From Scyliorhinus canicula (Eukaryota): 64,000 bases of DNA. The stretch spans positions 141,030,737 through 141,094,736 of the forward strand of contig NC_052160.1 in NCBI RefSeq assembly GCF_902713615.1, written 5' to 3'. Numbering within the stretch: the stretch's first letter is position 1; every line of letters starts with the position of its first letter. The notes under the pieces are model-generated. The model was not told the DNA's origin. It ran no database searches and saw nothing but the letters and a program-made list of their open reading frames with translations. The position numbers and the translations under genes are program-made. Below are positions 12,570 through 23,600 of this stretch, piece after piece.

Positions 12570-12908
12570 TTCACCCCTTGCGGAGAAAGAAGCCGAGGGG
12601 GGGGGTATCAACGAGAGCCGGGGGGGGGGGGGGGGGGGGGGGGAAGGAACTGGTGGTATGAGTAGTAGCCAGAGAAGGGAGAAAAATTAAGTTTGACTTC
12701 CCACTGGCCCAGACATTTAACAATAGTACATATTGTCCATACAAGGTCCATGGTGTTGTTGAAAATTAAATAAACTTGATCAGCCTTTTTGTTGCCCGTG
12801 ACGCGCTGGCAGACCACCGCAGTGGAGTTGGTGACGTAGGTTCAGCCGATGGTGGTGGTTTCGCTGATGTCCTGGAGTCCGGGAGCGATGGTCCTTGAAC
12901 AGTCTCCG

Positions 12909-15296
12909 TCACCCGGGCTGGTGGTGGAGACGCCATGGATGGGGAAGGGGTGGCCTTGGTGGGGCGCTGGGGGGAAAAAAACAGGGGGGGGTCTGTGGTG
13001 AAGGGGGGGAGGGCCGCACGCCGGCGGGTGCCAGGTCCCGGAGGGAGACCGTGTCCTGTCGACTGTCGGGGTACTCCACATACGCATACTGCGGGTTAGC
13101 GTGGAGTAACTGGACTTGTTCCACCAACGGGTCGGACTTGTGCACCTGCACATGCTTCCGGAGCAAGATGGGTCCGGGGGCGGCCAGCCACGTCGGGAGA
13201 GGGAATCCGGAGGACGATTTCCTGGGGAAAACAAGAAGACGTTCATGAGGTGTCTGATTTGTTGTAGTACAGAGGAGTGAGCGGATAGAATGTAGGGCAT
13301 TGGGGATCTCCTCTTACCATCGGGAAATAGGGAGATCTCTGGACCGGAGGGCCAGTAGTATGGTCTTCCAGATGGTACTATTCTCCCGCTCGACCTGTCC
13401 GTTACCCCGAGAGTTATAGCTGGTCGTCCTGCTAGAGGCAATTCCCCTGTTGAGCAGGAATTGACGCAGCTCGTCGCTCATAAATGAGGACCCCCGATCG
13501 CTATGTATGTATGCGGGGTAGCCGAACAGGGAGAAGATGGAGAGGAGGGTCTTAATGACGGTCGATGTGGTCATGTCGGGGCAGGGAATGGCGAAGGGGA
13601 AGCGGGAGTATTCGTCGATTACCGCCAGGAAGTAAATGTTGCGGTTGTTAGAGGGAAGGGGCCCCTTGAAGTCAATGCTGAGACGTTCGAAGGGGCGGGA
13701 TGCTTTGATCAGATGTGTGCGCTCGGGGCGGTAGAAATGCGGTTTGCACTCTGCGCAGATGTGGCAGTCATGGGTCACTGTCCTGACTTCCTCGATGGAG
13801 AAAGGCAGGTTGCGGGCCTTAATGAAATGGTAGAAACGGGTCACCCCTGGATGGCAGAGGTCCGCGTGGAGGGAGTGGAGGCAGTCTATCTGCGCGCTGG
13901 TGCAGGTACCGCGGGACAGGGCATCAGGAGGCTCATTGAGCTTCCCAGGATGATACAAGATCTCATAGTTGTACGTGGACAACCCGATCCGCCACCGTAA
14001 GATCTTGTCATTTTTGATCTTGCCCCTTTGTGCATTATCAAACATGAAGGCCACTGACCGTTGGTCTGTGAGGAGGGTAAACTTCCTGCTGGCCAAATAA
14101 TGCCTCCAATGTCGCACAGCTTCGACTATGGCCTGGGCTTCCTTTTCCACAGAGGGGTGGCGGAGTTCGGAAGCCTGGAGAGTTCTGGAGAGGAAGGCCA
14201 CGGGTCTGCCCGCTTGGTTCAGGGTGGCCGCCAGAGCTACTTCTGATGCGTCGCTCGCGACCTGGAAGGGGAGGGACTTGTCGATGGCGCGCATCGTGGC
14301 CTTTGCGATGTCCGCTTTGATGTGGCTAAAGGCCTGGCAGGCCTCTGTCGACGGCGGGAAGGTCGTGGTTTGAATGAGAGGACGGGCCATGTCGGCGTAA
14401 TTGGGAACCCATTGGGCGTAGTAAGCAAAGAAACCCAGGCAGCGTTTGAGGGATTTGAGGGTATTGGGGAGAGGGAGTTCCATCAGGGGGCGCATGCGTT
14501 CGGGGTCGGGACCTATCACTCCATTACGCATTACGTAGCCGAGGATGGCTAGACGGTCGGTGCTAAACACGCACTTATCCTTATTGTACGTGAGGTTAAG
14601 GAGTTTTGCGGTTTGGAGAAATTTCCGGAGGTTGGCGTCATGGTCCTGCTGGTCGTGGCCGCAGATGGTGACATTATAGAGGTATGGGAAGGTAGCCCAT
14701 AATCCGTACTTGTCGACCATTCGGTCCATCTCCCGTTGGAAGACCGAGACCCCATTTGTGACACCGAATGGAACCCTAAGGAAGTGGTAGAGGCGCCCAT
14801 CAGCCTCGAACGCGGTGAACAGTCGGTCACTCGCGCGGATGGGGAGCTGGTGATAAGTGGACTTAAGGTCCACAGTGGAGAAGACTTTGTATTTCGCGAT
14901 ATCGTTTACCATGGCGGAAATACGGGGGAGAGGATACGCGTCCAGTTGCGTAAACCGGTTGATGGTCTGGCTATAGTCGATGACCATCCGGTTTTTCTCC
15001 CCAGTCCAGACCACCAGCACTTGCACTCGCCAGGGGCTGTTGCTGCCCTCGATAACCCCTTCCTTCAGCAACCTCTGGACCTCGGACCTGATGAAGGTCC
15101 GGTCCTGGGCGCTGTACCGTCTGCTCCGTATCGCGACGGTTTTGCAATCGGGGGTGAGATTAGCAAACAAGGAGGGGGGGTCCACTTTGAGGGACGCGAG
15201 GCTGCAGACAGTGAGGGGGGTATAGGGCCGCCGAATTGGAAGGTCAAGCTCTGCAGGTTGCACTGGAAGTCCAGTCCTAGGAGTGCCGGTGCGCAA
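12909..15296 (-). pseudogene. pol: pol: RT, RNase H, integrase (disrupted)
   Basis: RVPFGVTNG, YLYN at the YxDD site, SDASEVALAA, HHCC, DFKGP/SDRG/NGQVER triad. In-frame TAA at 13314-13316, after which the same frame continues (EEIPNALHSIRSLLCT). Confidence 0.9.
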
Positions 15297-15600
15297 AGGT
15301 CAGGGAGGACAAGGAGTTTGTAATTTTTTAAAACCTTCCCTTGGACCGTGAGGTCCGCGATGCAGCAGCCGGTGATGCGGACGGAGTGCGAACCTGAGGC
15401 TAACCCGATTTTGTGTTTTACAGGATGGACAGGGAGCGCGCAGCGTCTTACCGTGGCAGGGTGAACGAAGCTTTCCGTGCTCCCGGAGTCCAGCAGGCAG
15501 CCCGTCTCGTGGCCGTTGAGGTGGATCAGTGTCGTTGTTTTGGCGAGCATGCGTGGCCGTGACTGGTCGAGTTGAATGGCCGCGAGCCGTGGAGAAGAAC
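15215..15600 (-). pseudogene. pol: Aspartic protease domain, frameshifted relative to gag and RT
   Basis: CLLDSGSTESFV and ALLGLDF motifs in ORF 15065..16009. One more C in the C6 run near 15215-15220 would join PR to RT. Confidence 0.88.
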
Positions 15601-15614
15601 CATCGTCGTAGTCG

Positions 15615-16892
15615 TCATCGGCCGAGTAGTTGCTGGCAGAACCTTGTGTGCCAGTCCAGGAAGGTGGTGCCCAGGATCCGCACGTGGAGTCGGGGCCCCA
15701 AGATGGCGGCGCCCAGGACCCGCACGTGGAGTCGGGGCCCCAAGATGGTGGCACCCAGGACCCGCACGTGGAGTCGGCGCCCCAAGATGGCGGCGCCCAG
15801 GACCCGCACGTGGCGTCCGGGGCCCAAGATGGCGGCGCCCGCGGGGCCCTCGTGGTTGCTGGGGGCGGGGTTAGCGGTGCCGGCGGGCCGATCGGAGCGG
15901 CTGAGAGCGGGGGCAGAGAGGCGCGCAGGCCGGGCGCAGGGGCCCGGGGGCGGTGAGGAGAGATTTGCGCGGTGCGTCGGAAGGGCCCGGAAGGGCCCGG
16001 AGGAGACATGCAGGCCGGGGGCAGGGGCTAGGGGGCGGGGGGAAGAGATTGGTACGGTGTACTGGAAGGGCCCGCAAGGGCCCGGAGGGGGGGGGGATCC
16101 CCGGTCGCTGCGCAGTACAGCAGCGACCGATTTGGCCTGGCAGATGGATGAAAAGTGGCCCTTCTTCCCGCAGCTCTTACAGAGGGCGGAGCGGGCCGGG
16201 CAGCGCGGGCGAGGGTGTTTAGCGAACCCACAGAAATAGCAGCGGGGCCCCGCGGGCTTGTTGGGGCGTCCCGCGGCGCAGGCCTGAGGGGGGTCGGGAG
16301 TGGCGGATGGCGGTAGGGAAGCGTGCCAGGAGGCCCAGGGCGCTGCAGCGCGGTTGGGGACATTGGCACGGGCGTTTAAATCGGCGACCTCCAGGGAGGT
16401 GGAGAGAGTCCGTGCCTCAGTTAGGCTGAGGTCGTCTTTCTCCAGCATCCGCTGGCGGATAGCGGCTGACTGCATCCCAGCCACGTAAGCATCTCTGATC
16501 AGAAGTTCCATGTGCTCCGTGGCTGAAACTTGGAGGCAGGAGCAAATCCTCCCCAGGACAGCGAGGGCCTGGTAAAAATCGTCTAATGACTCACCGGGGA
16601 GCTGTTGTCTGGTAGCCAGCAGATGTCGGGCGAATAATCTGTTTACCGGTTTAAGAAACTGTCCATTCAGCTTAAGCATGGCCGCGTCATAATCTTTTTC
16701 CTCCGCAATCATCGCGTAGGCCGCCATGCCCACGCTGGAGTGGAGGATGTGAAGCTTCTGTGCCATAGTGGGGGGGCTGTTTGCGGACGCCAGGTATCCA
16801 TCGAAACATGCCAGCCAATGTTTAAAGATTTCTGAAGCGTTCTGAGTTTGCGGGCTGATGCGGAGGCATTTGGGCTTGATCCGGAGCTCCAC
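15615..16892 (-). CDS. gag: Gag with two Cys/His knuckles
   Basis: 427-aa ORF with CYFCGFAKHPRPRC and CKSCGKKGHFSSIC. The expected start is GTG (16890-16892), probably a mutated ATG. Confidence 0.88.
   Translation of the reverse strand: MELRIKPKCLRISPQTQNASEIFKHWLACFDGYLASANSPPTMAQKLHILHSSVGMAAYAMIAEEKDYDAAMLKLNGQFLKPVNRLFARHLLATRQQLPGESLDDFYQALAVLGRICSCLQVSATEHMELLIRDAYVAGMQSAAIRQRMLEKDDLSLTEARTLSTSLEVADLNARANVPNRAAAPWASWHASLPPSATPDPPQACAAGRPNKPAGPRCYFCGFAKHPRPRCPARSALCKSCGKKGHFSSICQAKSVAAVLRSDRGSPPPPGPCGPFQYTVPISSPRPLAPAPGLHVSSGPFRALPTHRANLSSPPPGPCARPARLSAPALSRSDRPAGTANPAPSNHEGPAGAAILGPGRHVRVLGAAILGRRLHVRVLGATILGPRLHVRVLGAAILGPRLHVRILGTTFLDWHTRFCQQLLGR
15671..15838. repeat. 4 x 42-bp tandem repeat in the gag-PR linker
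   Basis: Unit CCAGGACCCGCACGTGGAGTCGGGGCCCCAAGATGGCGGCGC, starting at 15671, 15713, 15755, 15797. Confidence 0.95.
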
Positions 16893-16901
16893 CTTCAAAA
16901 T

Positions 16902-16980
16902 TCTAGCTTATTAAATTGATGAACCATCAATTGAACGTGAGACGAGTTTCTGTACAAAAGTTAGGCTTTAATAAGCTAGA
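16902..16980 (-). promoter_or_regulatory. 14-bp perfect inverted repeat joining the PBS position to the LTR R region
   Basis: TCTAGCTTATTAAA (16902-16915) is the reverse complement of TTTAATAAGCTAGA (16967-16980). Confidence 0.85.
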
Positions 16981-17202
16981 TATTAGCCCTGCGGTCGACT
17001 ACAGTAAATGGACGACCGCCGGGCATTCTGGGTATTTATATCTCGCTCTGGAGGCGGGGTTAATTCAGCCTCTCGACCAATCGGGGAGCCGTCACGTGAC
17101 TGGTCTCAACCAATCGTTCGAGAGGCACATGACCGACCAGGGCCAATGGTAAGCCGGTGTTCTGCACCAATGGCAGACAGCTATGCAAATCATACCACCA
17201 CA
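16917..17202 (-). promoter_or_regulatory. 5' LTR with TATA box, Inr, four CCAAT boxes, octamer and ATTAAA
   Basis: Minus strand TATAAAT from 17040, CCATTT Inr-like with A at 17009, ATTAAA at 16972-16967. CCAAT x4 and ATGCAAAT are read on the plus strand. Confidence 0.75.
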
Positions 17203-18384
17203 CTGGGTTTGTCCAAGTTTCTACACAACTCAAACGTCATTTCCTCACATTTGAACTCCAATGCCTTTTTGAATCAATCCCCAACTTGCTAGGACTGGTG
17301 AAATTATTTCGCTAAACTATCAGCCAAGACTGATCTTCACGGCCATGTCTGCTGATCTAGGGTCCAAACTCCGAGAGAGCCGTGACCGCTGTCTCACCCT
17401 TTTCATGGTATTTGAACAATTATTGGTGGTGTTTTTGCAGGCTCCTGCGCATCAAAGCTCTTGCTCTCCATGTGTCTGGAAAGAGTAAATGACGCAATAT
17501 TGGACATTCAAGGTCTACCGTTACCCCCCCTCCAGCTGATTACTGTCGTGGCTTCTATGATAGATCAGTGACCCGAGTGCAAAGTGTCACTTTGCTGAAG
17601 CAACACCCTTGTTTGCAGCGAACATTAACATTCAAGAAGTAAGAAAAGTTAAATCTGCACGGCAAGTGGCAAAAGCACGATTACAAAGCACTGGGTTGAC
17701 TGGAATGAAACCACAGCTGTATGTTGCATTGCCATTCAGTTGGTGCCAGTATGTGAAGAGAAACCGATTGTGATTACTGCCTAGATGACTGCTGTTTGCC
17801 GATGCGTTGTTTGATGGTGGAGTCGGTTACTCCAGGCTGCAGAGGAACCACATGTGGCCTTAAAGCCACATCTGCAGCTGAATCATTGTCACAGTTGAAC
17901 TAAGACTGCAGCCTGGCCGTGTACATCACACGATTCCAGCAAAATCCGACTTGAGTGACTGACTAACTGCCGGGCGACAGTTATTGTTGGAAACTTTCCA
18001 GTACAATAACTACCTGTGCAGCTGACGCGCAGGTGCACTTTTTCACTCTGTGCCTCTTCACATCTTTAACTGTTGAAAGCAAATAAGTTCCATTCTTTTT
18101 GCTCAGTCTTTGTTTTAACTCATAAAAGGGAAGCATTTGTATTTTCTTCCTCCGTCCTCTCCTGGAAAGCAGCAATCTGTGCTGGCCTAGGGTTACGCAG
18201 TCATCGACCACCATCTGATGTCTCAACCAGTGCCCTTTCGGGCAGTGAGGACTTCACTTTCCTCAGTAATACTATACCCGCAATTGGTCAGCAAGGGCCA
18301 GGAGAATGAATCATTGAGGCCTACTGCTCTGCCCCATCTTGTTTTGCCTCATCCTGCCCCTATTGGATCCATTGCTGGTGATGA

Positions 18385-18800
18385 CATAAGAATATAAGAG
18401 GAATCAGAGCAGGGGTTCGCCATTTGACCCCTCGAGCCTGCTCCACCATTCATCGATGATCTGATTGTACAGCATCCTCAACTCTACACTTTCTGCCTGC
18501 CACCCAATCCCGCAACCCTTCCCCATCCCCCTCACACCCCTCCCACCCCCCAACCCTCAACTGACCAGCTCCTCTATCCATAACCTTTGACTTTCGGTCT
18601 AACTCAGCTCTGAATTCTGTATATTCTCTCGCGGCCTCTACTGCTGGATGGGGCGGGGGAATTCTAAAAATTATGGACCCTCTGAGAGAGGAAATTCCTC
18701 CTCACCTCCATCTTAAATGGGAGAGACCTTATTTTTAAACTGTGCCCCCAAGTTCTAAGTTCGCCCATGGAGGGAAACATCCATTCAGCAGCGGCCCGAT
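18385..18800 (-). mobile_element. CR1 3' end
   Basis: ACATAAGAATATAAGA tail and GAAATTCCTCCTC motif shared with other CR1 copies. Confidence 0.7.
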
Positions 18801-19203
18801 CAAGGACTCAGAATCGGGCATGTTTCACTACGTTTAGTCTGGATTGGCATCACTTTGCCTTTCTGCTGACCCGAACAATTGCTGTTCCCTTGGATCATTG
18901 GGCGAAGGATACTGGAGGCCCAGGGTACCCGTGGAAAGGACACAAAGCTCTTTATGTGTAGAGAGATGGCTGTGCGGAAGTCTTTACATAGAGCCACAGA
19001 GTAAGTACAGCACATAAAGGTGCCATTCAGCCCATCAAATCCATGTTGACTCTCTCTAGACCAATTCCGTTAGAGTGGTTTTCGGAAGTTCAGGTGGTTC
19101 ATTGCTTTACTGTTAACCAGAACCTCGCAAGCTCGAATCACAAGTGATTCCTATCAGGCTTCATTGTATTTGTTTGATGGTTGTGCGGTGTAATTGCTTC
19201 AGC

Positions 19204-19221
19204 TTGCCACCAGATGGCGTG
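19204..19221 (+). promoter_or_regulatory. CTCF-like motif in non-repeat DNA
   Basis: TTGCCACCAGATGGCGTG matches the CTCF core CCACCAG(A/G)(T/G)GGCG. Confidence 0.55.
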
Positions 19222-20284
19222 CCTGTGTCCCATCTCCGTCAGGGGATGGGTGGGGGGTTTGGAATGAGGTCAATGGTTTGTGGTAGAGGATTGGAACAGA
19301 CTGATCATTTGACTTTTGCTCCTTAAATTGTAAAGCTATTGCTTGCTGCCCACACAGCAGAGCTGACAGGAGTAGTTAGGAAGCTGGCGATCCAGATTAT
19401 TTCCTGCAGTCATAAGAATGACTGACGTGAAGGGAAAAGATACAGGCAGAGACTTTAGTTAAAGTCTAACAAACAAAACAATACTGCAGTTTTATCACTC
19501 AAAATACCCTTGAGAGATGTGTTATACTAGTGTATCCAGTTTAAAATGTTTATGTAGTTTGTTTTGCTTTGGCCTGCAGTTACAATCTGACTCAAACTTC
19601 TTTAAACTTGCGTTTAATGCTTCCGAAACATCAAATCTCCTTGCTCTTAATGGCTATTTTACATACGCCCTTTGTGCAGTCTTAAACCCTGCACTCAAAA
19701 TCTGTCCAGACAGGGTATCATTTCATTTGCATCCCGTCTGTCAGTCACAGGATGCCAACGTAATTGGGGTTAAGGTCATGATCTCAGAAGAAGGTCATGT
19801 GTCACAGGGCATTCAGACAAGGTACCTGGGAAAGGGGAAAGTAGTCCCACACCCAGATGGGCAGCAGGTGGTTCTCTCCCTGCCTCGCTGCAACATTCTG
19901 GCCTCCCCCATGAACATCAATAGCCAGGCAATGGACAGATCGAAAGTGCCCAATTCCAGCAGCAATTACAGACTCAGGCCCCAGATTTAAAGCAACGCTG
20001 TTAGCTTTCAAGTTCAATAAGTCACAGATTCGGAAATTGACAATTAAAATTGATAACAACAGCAGATATTTAATTGTAGTAACTTTGGATCACCAGCTGG
20101 ATATGAAACAACTAACATTTATTGACAACTATCTCACAGAGTCATCCTGCTTCGTGGCTGCCAGCCTACACCCAGAATCAATCTGAGGCTTGCTCGGGGG
20201 GCACCCTCACTTTGGTCCCCTGTTGGTTTTTCAGGGTCATGTGACTCTATTGGCCGATCGCCTCTTAAAGGGGCCAAACATCAC

Positions 20285-20964
20285 GGCCAGGATTCTCCGA
20301 GCCTGCCACGGGTCGGAGAATCACCGGGGGCGCAGGAAATTCCCGCCACGCCGCCCCGATGCCGGGCCGCTGATTCTCCGGCGCCCAGAGAATCGGTGCC
20401 AATCGCGCCCGCACGGTCGCCGCGGCACTGGTTGGGGGCCGCTGAAATAGGCCCCCGCGGAGAATCGCGGGCCGAACTCCCGCCGAGTCCCAGTGTGGTT
20501 CAAACCTGGTGCCACCCGGCGGGAGCTCAGACCCACGGCCGCTATGGACGTCCTGGTGGGGGCCGGGGGGAACGGACTCCAGGGGGGGCCTCCACGGGGT
20601 CCAGGTCCGTGATCGGGGGCTTCTGATTGGCGGGTAGCCGTGATCTGGAGGGGGCCTATCTCCTTCCGCGTGGGCCCGCTGTAAGGTCCCCAACATATTG
20701 TTCTGCGCCGGAGCGGAGATGGCAACCATGCGCATGTGCCGGCGTGGAGATGGCAACCATGCGCATGTGCCGGCGTGGAGACGGGCGTCACACACATGCC
20801 AGGACCCGCGCCGGTCGTGCAGGGCCACCTTTCAGCGCCGGAGCAGTGCGCAGCACTCCGGCACTGTGCTAGCCCCCTAAACACCGGTGAATTGCTGGGC
20901 CAGGAGGCCTGTTGTCGCTGGCGTACACCACTCCGGTGGCCGGGATTTCGGAGAATCCTCCCCC
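20285..20964. mobile_element. Harbinger-type MITE with internal 31-bp tandem duplication
   Basis: TIRs GGCCAGGATTCTCCG / CGGAGAATCCTCCC. GGAGATGGCAACCATGCGCATGTGCCGGCGT repeated near 20715-20780. Confidence 0.75.
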
Positions 20965-21051
20965 TCTAAGTCCCTTTATACAATGATAACAATTAACTAG
21001 ACAGTCCCCAATAAATTTAACATTTAATGCACTCAACCAGACTGTCATAGA

Positions 21052-21357
21052 TTGGCAGCACAATAGCAACGTCGTTAGCACAGCTGCTTCACAGCGCCAG
21101 GGTCCCGGGTTTGATTCCCGGCTTGGGTCACTGTGCAGAGTCTGCACGTTCTCCCCGTGTCTGCGTGGGTTTCCTCCGGGTGCTCCGGTTTCCTCCCACA
21201 AGTCCCGAAAGACGTGCTTGTTAGGTACTTTGGACATTCTGAATTGTCCCTCTGTGTACCCGAACAGGCGCCAGAATGTGGCGACTGGGGGATTTTCACA
21301 GTAACAACACTGCAGTGTTAATGTAAGCCGACTTGTGACAATAACGATCTTTATTAT
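21052..21357 (+). mobile_element. V-type SINE with GTGACAATAA tail
   Basis: Homologous to 5692-5982. Confidence 0.8.
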
Positions 21358-21879
21358 AGATTTTGGGTCGCGATCTAAATGGGGACAGAATCCCACAACG
21401 AGCGCGTTTGGCTGGGTGTTTCCTGGTGCTCAGCGGGGAACAACCTGACGAGGTCGCAGGTAGTCCCGTTTTCTGCATTGAGGAGCCCCACTGGCCATTA
21501 AAAATGGTGCCCTGATCACTCGACCTCCCAACACAGCCGCCCAAACCCCCCCCCCCCCCCAAAGCTCCAACTGCCCTACAAGCAGGCTCTCAGGCAACCC
21601 AACATGGTCTGTCTGGTGGTTTCTGCTTTCTGCAGAGTGGCGTAACTCCACTGACCTGGTTGCTTCAGGTGGGGCACTTTCTATAGAAGTTGCTGCAACT
21701 GGTATCAGCTGTGGTATTGGCAACTCAGCCTCATGGAGACAGCAGGCTCTCCTGTCACAGGTTCACTTGGTACTTTTCACTCAGATTACCAACAACGTTT
21801 CCAGCAGGCAATATGGATCAGACTGTTGTACTGGCTGCTGGGACAACTCTCAGCCACATGAATGCTCCACATGGAGTCA

Positions 21880-23130
21880 TAGAGCCAGAGGTCTACAGCA
21901 CAGAAAAAACCTTCATCGCGTCTGCGCCAGTCACAAACAACCACCTAACTATTCTTTTTTTGACATTTTTTTAATTCTCCTTTTTGACATTTTCTCCCAA
22001 ATTTACACCCAACACTGAAGGATAATCAGTAACGAATGCAATGTCAATCCCCATATCAATAACAACGATCCCACCCACCTAACTATTCTAATCCCATTTT
22101 ACAGCACTTCACTCACATCTTCATATGCCCTGGCATTGCAATTGCCTCCACCACCCTTTCAGACAGCGAGTTCCAGACTCCCACCACCCTCTGGGTGAAA
22201 AGATTCTTCCTCACCTCCCCTCTAACCCTCCTGCCCCTTACCTTAAATCTGTGCCCCCTGGTCATTGATCCTCCACCAAGGGGAACACTTTCTTCCTGTC
22301 TCCTTTATCTATGCCCCACATAATTTTATACACCTCAATCACATCGCCCCTCAGTCTCCTCTGCTCCAAGGAAAACAACCCCAGTCTATCCAATCTCTCT
22401 TCATAACTAAAACTCTCCGGCCCAGACAACATCCTGGTAAATCTCCTCTGCACCCTTTCCAGTGCTATCACATCCCTCCTATAATGTGGATTCCAGAACT
22501 GCACACAATACTCTCGCTGTGGCCTAACCAATGTTTTATACAGTTCCAGCATAACCTCTCTGCTCTTAAACTCTATGTTTCGGCTAATGAAGGCAAGTAT
22601 ACCATACGGCTTCTTAACCACCGTACCCACCTGCCTCGGTACATTATGAGACCGGTGTACTTGCACACCAAGGTCCCTCTGATCCTCGGTGCTTCCCAGG
22701 GTCCCGCCGTTTATCATGTATTCCCCTTGCCTTGTGTGTCCTGCCCAAGTGCATCACCTCACACTTATCTGGATTGAATTCAATTTGCCATTGATCAGCC
22801 CATCTGACCAGCCCGTCGATATCCACCTGTAATCGACGGCTATCCTCCTCACTATTTACCACCTCACCAATTTCTGTATCATCTGCAAACTTGTTGCTCA
22901 GCCCTCCTACATTCATATCTAAATCAATTATATAAACTGATTCCTGCGGGACCCCACTGGACACAGGCTTCCTGTCAGAAGGACACCCCTCGACTTCCTC
23001 TGCTTCCTGCCACTCACCCAATTCTGGATCCGATTTGCTAAATTTCCTTGGATCCCATGGGCTCTGACCTTCGCTATCAGACCCCATGTGGGACCTTACC
23101 AAAAGCCCAAGTAGACTATGTCAAATGTAT
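21880..23130 (-). mobile_element. CR1 LINE 3' part
   Basis: SGVPQES..KFADDTEIG and LYKTLVRPQREYCVQFWNPH..LERVQRRFTRM. Confidence 0.88.
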
Positions 23131-23139
23131 ATTTCCTGA

Positions 23140-23600
23140 CAATTCTATCGTGTACATTCACTTCGTAAGGCAGCGGTCCTGACTTGGCTGCAAACAAATG
23201 TGGCTTCCCCTCTTCAGACACTGGCTCAATGGTCCATCCTATTCATACTCTGTTCTTCACTTAGGACAATAGCGGGTCTCTGCTCGTCCAATGCTTGATT
23301 ATCTGCGCCGAAACTAGCAATGTATCCGAGCCGTTTAGCGCCATCATGATTCCCTGCAGTACTGGGAACAGGAGGTGGGGGGGGGGGGGGGCTGCGGGTA
23401 CCCTCCCAGGCAATGGTAGATGACTCAGCCCGTCCGTATTTGCAATCTGCGTTCTAGGCCGGTGTTGGAATGTATACTTGTACGCTGATAGGATTGATGC
23501 CCATTCGAAGGATGGAAGTATTGAAATGAAGTCCGCCATGTCGCATGCCACAGTTGAGAAATTGCGTCAGTGTTTGGCATCCCATGGCAAAACTGAAGCC
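23140..23600 (-). mobile_element. Degenerate Mag-like Gypsy pol fragments
   Basis: WASILSAYKYTFQHRPRTQIANTDGLSHLPLP parallels RWALLLTAYRYVLEHRPGTRVANADALSRLP near 36900-37000. Confidence 0.7.

Larger units (their letters stand above)
12284..17202 (-). mobile_element. Near-complete Ty3/Gypsy LTR retrotransposon, no tRNA PBS
   Basis: Two 286-bp LTRs with TG..CA termini (10 mismatches by my count), gag-PR-RT-RH-IN order, PPT-like AAGGGGTGAA, flanks CTGTG/CTGGG (5-bp TSD with 1 mismatch). Confidence 0.95.

Noticed and set aside
15671-15838. CRISPR-like regular repeats
   Set aside because: Head-to-tail units with no unique spacers, inside a eukaryotic retrotransposon ORF, and no cas genes.
13503-16239. 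Plus-strand ORFs antisense to gag/pol
   Set aside because: Expected shadows of a GC-rich coding strand.
19517-19990. 157-aa ATG-initiated ORF in unique DNA
   Set aside because: No recognisable domain and no partner exons. A BLASTX or RNA-seq hit would be needed.
20190-20969. GC-rich ORF clusters in MITEs (also near 8400, 29700, 36000, 54700)
   Set aside because: Stop-poor palindromic non-autonomous elements with no transposase or Myb-like motifs.
21600-21880. Possible exon after TCTGCTTTCTGCAG
   Set aside because: The minus strand resembles a decayed Gypsy integrase C-terminus continuing the 23140-23600 remnant. Neither reading is firm.
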